Made by a program: the position numbers and the translations under genes
The notes under the pieces: model-generated
Told to the model about the DNA's origin: nothing
The model's input: the letters and a program-made list of their open reading frames with translations, nothing else
Database searches by the model: none
Shown: positions 60,601 through 64,000 of the stretch, piece after piece
Numbering within the stretch: the first letter of the stretch is position 1
How the letters are laid out: every line of letters starts with the position of its first letter
Assembly: GCF_018977255.1 (NCBI RefSeq)
Contig: NW_024704742.1
Location: 12,340,001-12,404,000 of the forward strand
Direction of reading: 5' to 3'
From: Callorhinchus milii
Taxonomy: Eukaryota
DNA length: 64,000 nt

Positions 60601-61890
60601 TTTTTCTTAATTTGTAGTATAATAACTTAATAAGTATAAGGTATCAGCCTCAAGTCAAGTACAAGCAGAATCTGAGCAGAAAACTTCCTGTACTCTGACT
60701 CAGTGCATTATAATTCCAACTTCAGAAAACCATTCCCCACTGAATTCTTTTTTTGAAATTTTCACACCGAGTATACCTGTGGCCTTTCTGGATGAGATTA
60801 CAAATTTAAGGTTGAATCTTCCACTATTCTAACCACTGTGTGCCCACTAACAAACATAGCTCCGTCCAGTGTGAAGGGCGTTATATCAATGCAAGTTGTT
60901 GTTGTGGTAGCCCTAAAGAGATCTCAGAATACCAAGGTATAGTTTGTTCTACTATCCTAACACCATACCAAAATCCAATTCATAACTGGCCAACATTTCT
61001 GCAAAGTAAACATTGTTTTCTCCATGGAATACCATCAGAGAGAGCAGCAAAATTTTGGAAGCTGAAATTGCCTAAAGTTATTTGTTTTCCTCATATTTGT
61101 TACAGCACCTTTCAATGTTGGGAAGACGTGTCAAATGTGTCACAGGATTTACTGTGAATGCAGAATGACTGAAAGCTCAACCATGAATGGGGGGTGGGGT
61201 AGGGAGGTGTATGGGAGGAAAGGACACAGATCGGGAGGGTGCAGAAAGTAGCAGAGATAGCATAACCAATGAGGATGGGGGTGATAGGCTCATGAAACCG
61301 GGTGAGGGAAAGGACATGAGCTGCAAAGTAGATACTCTGATAATAGATACTCTGCAGCTGTGAACTGCAGGTCATTTGAATACTTTTGCCTGAACTTGAT
61401 GAAGATGTGAATTTGATCTCGGCAACTCAGGTGAGAGGTTGTGGCAGAGGGTAGCGATTATGGGGAGTTATTGACTTGTGAGTCAATAAAGAAGCCCGCT
61501 ATAACTGTAATGTATTGCATTTTAGTTTGTTGTATTGTGTCCAGAGTCAAAATGTGATCAATGCACCTTGATAATTATTGTGCAGTTATGTAACAAGTTG
61601 TCTTGAAATTGATTCTTCCAGTTGTGCTTTTAAAAGCATCTCTGATGCATGAAGCAGAAATAAGACAATTTTGTTTTGCTTTTTGGTGTCAGTGGCAGAG
61701 GAACGCACTTCTTTAACGTGTCTCTCCATGTTTTATCTCTTTCAGATGGTCAATCATTCCTTTAATGTACCTAGCATCTTTCCTATTCAGTATACCCAGC
61801 ACAGCGTACGTGGTGCTGACCTGCATTAACATGTTCATCGGCATTAATGGCAGTATCGCCACCTTTGTGCTTGAGATCTTCGAGAATGAC
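6640..61890 (+). CDS. ABCA1-like: ABCA-subfamily ABC lipid transporter, ABCA1-like (partial gene; 15 exons in window, continues beyond both ends)
   Basis: 15 exons with canonical AG/GT ends and compatible phases join into one open frame. Motifs include [55 protein letters not shown] and [10 protein letters not shown]. Exon sizes 203/49/99/190/95/106/170/178/116/145 match human ABCA1 as I recall them. Exact orthology is not established. Confidence 0.93.
7918..8010 (-). mobile_element. CR1-type 3' end fragment (different family)
   Basis: caggagtaggccattcggcccttcgagcctg...atcatggctgatc, a CR1-type tail. Confidence 0.65.
8082..8284 (+). CDS. ABCA1-like: ABCA1-like exon (203 nt): [33 protein letters not shown]...[12 protein letters not shown]
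   Basis: tttcag|GT...GAG|gtattc; regulatory domain R1 motif; lies within ORF 8042..8299. Confidence 0.97.
8421..8749 (-). mobile_element. Composite SINE, young short subfamily (inserted in an L2 fragment spanning 8330-9070)
   Basis: Reverse complement nearly identical to 3129-3446. Confidence 0.93.
9707..9755 (+). CDS. ABCA1-like: ABCA1-like exon (49 nt): [16 protein letters not shown]
   Basis: taacag|ATT...CCAG|gtatga; matches ABCA1 IFLKVAEESGVD. Confidence 0.95.
9852..10166 (-). mobile_element. Composite SINE, long subfamily
   Basis: Contains the extra ctgtttacccagcagtaagtaggaacccgg segment. Confidence 0.85.
11130..11936. mobile_element. Two fragments of a second L2 family in opposite orientation (minus ~11130-11308, plus ~11312-11936)
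   Basis: [20 protein letters not shown] on plus; both outer ends carry the taccctgcgtg/gcaagttgtt-type tail. Confidence 0.8.
12647..12757 (+). CDS. ABCA1-like: ABCA1-like exon (111 nt): [37 protein letters not shown]
   Basis: Pyrimidine tract + taatag|GA...ACTG|gtatgg; open frame, phase 1-1, similar size to the ABCA1 114-nt linker exon; sequence poorly conserved. Confidence 0.7.
15507..15652 (+). CDS. ABCA1-like: ABCA1-like exon (146 nt): [48 protein letters not shown]
   Basis: ttatag|AT...CAG|gtattc; matches ABCA1 GKGSYQVKGW...ARRSRKGFFAQ. Confidence 0.95.
17918..18217 (+). mobile_element. Composite SINE, long subfamily
   Basis: tRNA head + ctgtttacctaacagttagtaggaaccc + Deu-like tail. 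Confidence 0.85.
18287..18414 (+). CDS. ABCA1-like: ABCA1-like exon (128 nt), TM7: [42 protein letters not shown]
   Basis: cttcag|GTT...TCAG|gtatga; lies within ORF 18254..18568. Confidence 0.97.
19755..19900 (+). mobile_element. CR1 3' end fragment
   Basis: caaggctatagagaaagagcggggagt...gggccaaatggcttcctgtgttgt...ctatga. Confidence 0.75.
20981..24584 (-). mobile_element. Full-length L2-clade LINE, copy 1 (~3.6 kb, single APE-RT ORF, no ORF1)
   Basis: APE motifs ([25 protein letters not shown]) and RT motifs ([41 protein letters not shown]); (TTG)n tail; GC-rich 5' UTR; probable TSD AAGAAA at 20975-20980 and 24585-24590. Confidence 0.95.
21083..24296 (-). pseudogene. Frameshifted endonuclease-reverse transcriptase ORF of L2 copy 1
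   Basis: Split over ORFs 23235..24305, 23024..23248, 21831..22826, 21004..21855 and 21083..21265. Confidence 0.9.
24750..25505 (-). mobile_element. Possible solo LTR or unclassified insertion
   Basis: CpG-containing non-LINE segment with tandem repeats, E-box CACGTG at 25256-25261 and minus-strand TATAAAA at 25230-25236; boundaries uncertain. Confidence 0.35.
25345..25413 (+). repeat. 3 x 23-bp tandem repeat (tttcgtctgggttcttctgt[t/c]tg)
   Basis: Directly visible; one mismatch among the units. Confidence 0.92.
26088..26350 (-). mobile_element. L2 3' fragment (second family)
   Basis: caacaacttgcatttatataacgcc tail; gggagccagtggagcctgg. Confidence 0.72.
26607..26705 (+). CDS. ABCA1-like: ABCA1-like exon (99 nt): [33 protein letters not shown]
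   Basis: taacag|C...ACC|gtaagc; PGFGTRCM motif. Confidence 0.96.
27326..27515 (+). CDS. ABCA1-like: ABCA1-like exon (190 nt), ECD2: KLPCMSND...[31 protein letters not shown]
   Basis: cctag|G...GAG|gtacaa; conserved ECD2 cysteines. Confidence 0.97.
28215..28450 (-). mobile_element. Composite SINE 3' half
   Basis: Deu-like body and tail on the minus strand, directly before the plus copy at 28476. Confidence 0.82.
28476..28800 (+). mobile_element. Composite SINE, young short subfamily
   Basis: Nearly identical to 3129-3446. Confidence 0.93.
29706..29886. repeat. Second copy of the palindromic repeat
   Basis: aaatactgcagatgctggaaatctgaaataaaaac; gggaacactcag...caggcagcatctatggaga pairs with tctccatagatctgcctga...ctgagtgttccc. 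Confidence 0.8.
30330..30653 (-). mobile_element. Composite SINE, young short subfamily
   Basis: Nearly identical to 8421-8749. Confidence 0.93.
31069..31430 (-). mobile_element. L2 3' fragment
   Basis: HGLAPPYL...LWNSIPQSL...[10 protein letters not shown]. Confidence 0.8.
32740..33098 (-). mobile_element. Composite SINE, long subfamily
   Basis: Same structure on the minus strand; head partly deleted. Confidence 0.85.
33236..33630 (-). mobile_element. Older Deu-domain SINE, degenerate
   Basis: Weak similarity to 55611-55998 and 58430-58840. Confidence 0.6.
33725..34090 (-). mobile_element. CR1 LINE 3' fragment
   Basis: [15 protein letters not shown]...[13 protein letters not shown]...FKRELDR plus CR1 3' UTR. 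Confidence 0.88.
36203..36290 (+). repeat. AT-rich minisatellite (atgatattat)n
   Basis: About four clean 10-mers followed by degenerate copies. Confidence 0.88.
37163..37960 (+). mobile_element. Older Deu-domain SINE split by a young L2 3' fragment
   Basis: Head gctcagttttagcgctattg resumes at 37610; Deu core gaggtgctgtccttcagatgagatatt. Confidence 0.72.
37187..37604 (+). mobile_element. Young L2 3' fragment (same family as the full-length copies)
   Basis: Near identical to the reverse complement of 20981-21305; (TTG)n tail; probable TSD TATTG at 37182-37186 and 37605-37609. Confidence 0.9.
38975..39240 (+). mobile_element. Composite SINE, long subfamily
   Basis: ggagtcctgtagctcagtgg head and long central segment. 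Confidence 0.85.
39647..39741 (+). CDS. ABCA1-like: ABCA1-like exon (95 nt): [32 protein letters not shown]
   Basis: ttgcag|CGA...AAG|gtatga; matches ABCA1 [21 protein letters not shown]. Confidence 0.96.
39911..40719 (+). mobile_element. L2 3' fragment (older related subfamily) ending ~12 nt before an exon acceptor
   Basis: DDTQLYL...[22 protein letters not shown]; (TTG)n tail ending ~40719. Confidence 0.9.
40732..40837 (+). CDS. ABCA1-like: ABCA1-like exon (106 nt): [35 protein letters not shown]
   Basis: ctgaag|G TAT GGA...CAG|gtaaaa; YGG motif; size 106. Confidence 0.93.
41234..41700 (-). mobile_element. L2 3' fragment (second family)
   Basis: [10 protein letters not shown]; caacaacttgcatttatatag tail. 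Confidence 0.78.
41710..42018 (+). mobile_element. Older Deu-domain SINE fragment
   Basis: gagacattacccgaggacc...aaagatcccacagcactattcgaa and tail. Confidence 0.72.
43154..44536 (-). mobile_element. 5'-truncated L2 nested in a SINE (SINE parts 43024-43153 and 44537-44600)
   Basis: RT motifs in ORFs 44011..44550 and 43497..44021; probable TSD AATGCA at 43148-43153 and 44537-44542. Confidence 0.9.
45119..45187 (+). CDS. ABCA1-like: ABCA1-like exon (69 nt): [23 protein letters not shown]
   Basis: tttttcag|AGT...AAG|gtagga; ends in DNVK (ABCA1 NNVK) before the VWF exon; phase 0-0. Confidence 0.88.
47188..47357 (+). CDS. ABCA1-like: ABCA1-like exon (170 nt): [27 protein letters not shown]...[14 protein letters not shown]
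   Basis: ctccag|GTT...TT|gtgagt; hallmark ABCA motifs. Confidence 0.98.
48465..48642 (+). CDS. ABCA1-like: ABCA1-like exon (178 nt): [59 protein letters not shown]
   Basis: atccag|T...ATG|gtaaga; TMD2 motifs. Confidence 0.98.
48822..49108 (+). mobile_element. Composite SINE, short subfamily with older tail
   Basis: Same head and internal deletion; tail gagacgtctggaagacgtg. Confidence 0.9.
49905..50459 (-). mobile_element. CR1 LINE 3' part (interrupted by L2 copy 2)
   Basis: [49 protein letters not shown]; (CTATGAAT)n-type tail. Confidence 0.92.
50460..54152 (-). mobile_element. Full-length L2-clade LINE, copy 2 (~3.7 kb), nested in a CR1
   Basis: Highly similar to copy 1 along its whole length; TSD TGAACGCA at 50452-50459 and 54153-54160; (TTG)n tail. 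Confidence 0.96.
50537..53843 (-). pseudogene. Frameshifted endonuclease-reverse transcriptase ORF of L2 copy 2
   Basis: ORFs 52170..53984 (APE), 51530..52018 and 51349..51801 (RT, YADD), 50537..51373 (C-terminus). Confidence 0.9.
54153..54490 (-). mobile_element. CR1 LINE, continuation upstream of the L2 insertion
   Basis: QRDLGVQV...[30 protein letters not shown] joins VQFWAPY across the TSD. Confidence 0.9.
54693..55033 (+). mobile_element. Composite SINE, long subfamily (degenerate head)
   Basis: ggcaagtttccttacaccacatgcctctgtttacctagcagtaagtaggaacc and tail. Confidence 0.82.
55611..55998 (-). mobile_element. Older Deu-domain SINE
   Basis: tRNA-like head (ctcagttggtagcattctcttctctgagtcagaag on minus) plus Deu body. 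Confidence 0.75.
56618..57131 (-). mobile_element. L2 3' fragment
   Basis: Similar to the 3' end of the full-length L2. Confidence 0.85.
58263..58378 (+). CDS. ABCA1-like: ABCA1-like exon (116 nt): [39 protein letters not shown]
   Basis: cctacag|TGC...GG|gtgagt; FQQKSYVSS as in ABCA1. Confidence 0.97.
58430..58840 (-). mobile_element. Older Deu-domain SINE
   Basis: Head ggctcagttgctcacactctcgcttctgagtcaga on minus plus Deu body. Confidence 0.75.
61746..61890 (+). CDS. ABCA1-like: ABCA1-like exon (145 nt): [48 protein letters not shown]
   Basis: tttcag|A...GAC|gtatgt; IPSTAYVVL motif. Confidence 0.97.
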
Positions 61891-62454
61891 GTATGTATTG
61901 TTAAACCATTTCTTCTGGTTTTGAGTGTCACAAAATCTGCCTGTTGATGTGGATGAGTTCAAGACTTGCTGTCTTTCTCAGCACAGGATGATATTAACTC
62001 TACAGGATTGAGCACTTTCCCTTAAAAAATATATAGTAATAATTTGGTCACTCAATCCACAACTGTTTGTGGGACACTGGCTGCCGTTTCTCCCACAAAA
62101 TATACAATCAATTCATTTTACAGTATATTCTCTCTTCTCCATCTCTGTTAGTTTGTTTTCCTTTAGAATTTTCAATTTGAATTTTACATTTTTATCTAAC
62201 TAATATAACCTATCTTTGAGCATCTTAACTCTCCAAAATCTGACATTTCAACTCTTTCTGACCTTCTTTGTCTCCTCCTCACTCTTAATATAGGGAAGCA
62301 TTTATTTGGATTGTATTTGTAGCTGGGTGAAACTTCCTTTCCATTATTCTCTGATTTCCTGTAATATATTTTTCATATGACTCTCAGAAAGCCCTATTTT
62401 TTTTAGCCTTGCAACCCTTAAATAGTTTTGACTTCTTTATTCAACTATTCTGTA

Positions 62455-62735
62455 GGAGTCCTACAGTAGTTAGAGCACTCGCCTCGCAAACGAGAGACAT
62501 TGGTTCAGTTCCCATCAGGAACTTGGGCAAGTTTCCTTACTCCACAGGCCTAATAATAAACCCTCAAGAAAAAAACAATAATAATTTGGTCACTCAATCC
62601 ACAATATTTTGTGGGACATTACTGCCGCGTTTCGCCCACAAATATACAGTCAATTTAATTTACAGTATAATCTGTGAAATGTTTTGAGACGTCTAGAAGA
62701 TGTGAAAAGTGCTATATCAAATGCAAGCATTATTA
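62455..62735 (+). mobile_element. Composite SINE, short subfamily with older tail
   Basis: Degenerate tRNA head; tail gagacgtctagaagatgtg. Confidence 0.85.
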
Positions 62736-64000
62736 TATATTCTGGCATTGCAAAACTGACTTGAAGATTCTTGTCTCAAAATGCTTCACAGGATTTATAG
62801 TGTAGTAAGTGTAGTGACTATGTATTTTGTAGGCAAATATGGCAGCCAATTTCAGCTGCTGGAAGGTGTTTCTTGAAGTCCAGGTTTATGAACACATATT
62901 TATATAACCAGGGCTTAGAATCCACCTTCATAGGGTTTCAGCTGCTGTTTAAGCTTCATACCTCCAGCTGGTGAAACTCATTCAGGGAGTAAGTAAGTGT
63001 GTCCAAGCTGTTAGCAGGAAGATGGTGGCAATAGGTTCGCACACTTCATGCTGAGCTGTGCTGCTCACCAAAAAAAGCTTACAAGGAGTTTCTGGTACCT
63101 GCCATCCATCTAGTAAGGGCTTGTCAGATGTCAAATTACCAATTAGTGACTATTCTTTGTGGTGGGGAGGGCGGTAGTGGGAGATGAGTAGGGTCTCCTT
63201 GAAGCTGAACTCTCCACTGAGTGGCATATTTGTCAATTGGCAATGAATCAACACTCTGTGATAAGTCTCAGTAGTCTGGTTTCTGAGCCAGGTAGGTCTG
63301 CAGTACTCCAGGCCACTTAGAGTAATAGCAAACCAGCCAGCCAGCCTCACCACAAGACCTGGAGAGACAGAGTGGTCAGCTCCTCCATACACAAGCTGCA
63401 GATTATCCAGAACTCTGCAGCCCATGGCCTTTTCTGCACTAAGCTAAACAAGTGCATCACCCCTATCGCCCACAAATATATGGTCAATTCACTTTACAGC
63501 ATGATCTGTGAAGTGCTTTGAGACGTCTAAAAGAGTGAAAAGCGCTATATCAAATGCAAGGATTATTATTGTTATCCTTGTCGGCTCTACTCTATGGGCT
63601 CCCCATCCTCTGCAAAATGAATTTCAAGATTCTCACCCTCAAATTCAAATGTCTCCATGGTTTTGCCCAATCTACCTCTGTGACCTATAACCCTACTGCC
63701 CCAGCTGCTTCCTCTGCTCAGCAAACACCGCCCTGCTGCGCTATGCTGAACAAGCCTTCAACCAGTCTCTCCCACTCTTGATTATTCTAATGGGCTACAG
63801 ATGTTTTCTCTTCCCATTTTTGAGCACCTAAAATAAGGATAAAAATTAAATACTCAACATTGATAATTCAATATGTTCCTAACAGACGAAGAGTTGCACA
63901 ATATATGGGGTGAAAATCCTCCGTCTTGTTACAACCCCCCCTTCCCCCCACTTCCCCCGCATGTCTTCAACAACAAGAACTTGCATATATAGCGCCCCTC

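Overview
Vertebrate genomic DNA, probably a cartilaginous fish (inferred from the repeat families). The window lies entirely inside one large + strand ABCA-subfamily lipid transporter gene, ABCA1-like. I read 15 GT-AG exons (6640-61890) that splice into one continuous frame covering the post-NBD1 regulatory region, TM7, extracellular domain 2 and the start of TMD2. Exon sizes closely follow my recollection of human ABCA1, except that the 33-nt microexon is absent. The introns are dense with retroelements: two full-length ~3.6-3.7 kb ORF1-less L2 LINEs (minus strand, with TSDs, one nested in a CR1), many 5'-truncated L2 and CR1 fragments, a composite tRNA-Ala-headed SINE family in three evolutionary stages, older Deu-domain SINEs, two palindromic elements and a possible solo LTR. 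There are no prokaryotic systems or CRISPR arrays, and most ORFs in the track are repeat-derived or spurious. The most notable observations are the missing microexon, an exon acceptor whose pyrimidine tract comes from an L2 tail, a frameshift shared by both full-length L2s, and a SINE 3' tail that matches the young L2. Family names and human comparisons are from memory, not from searches.
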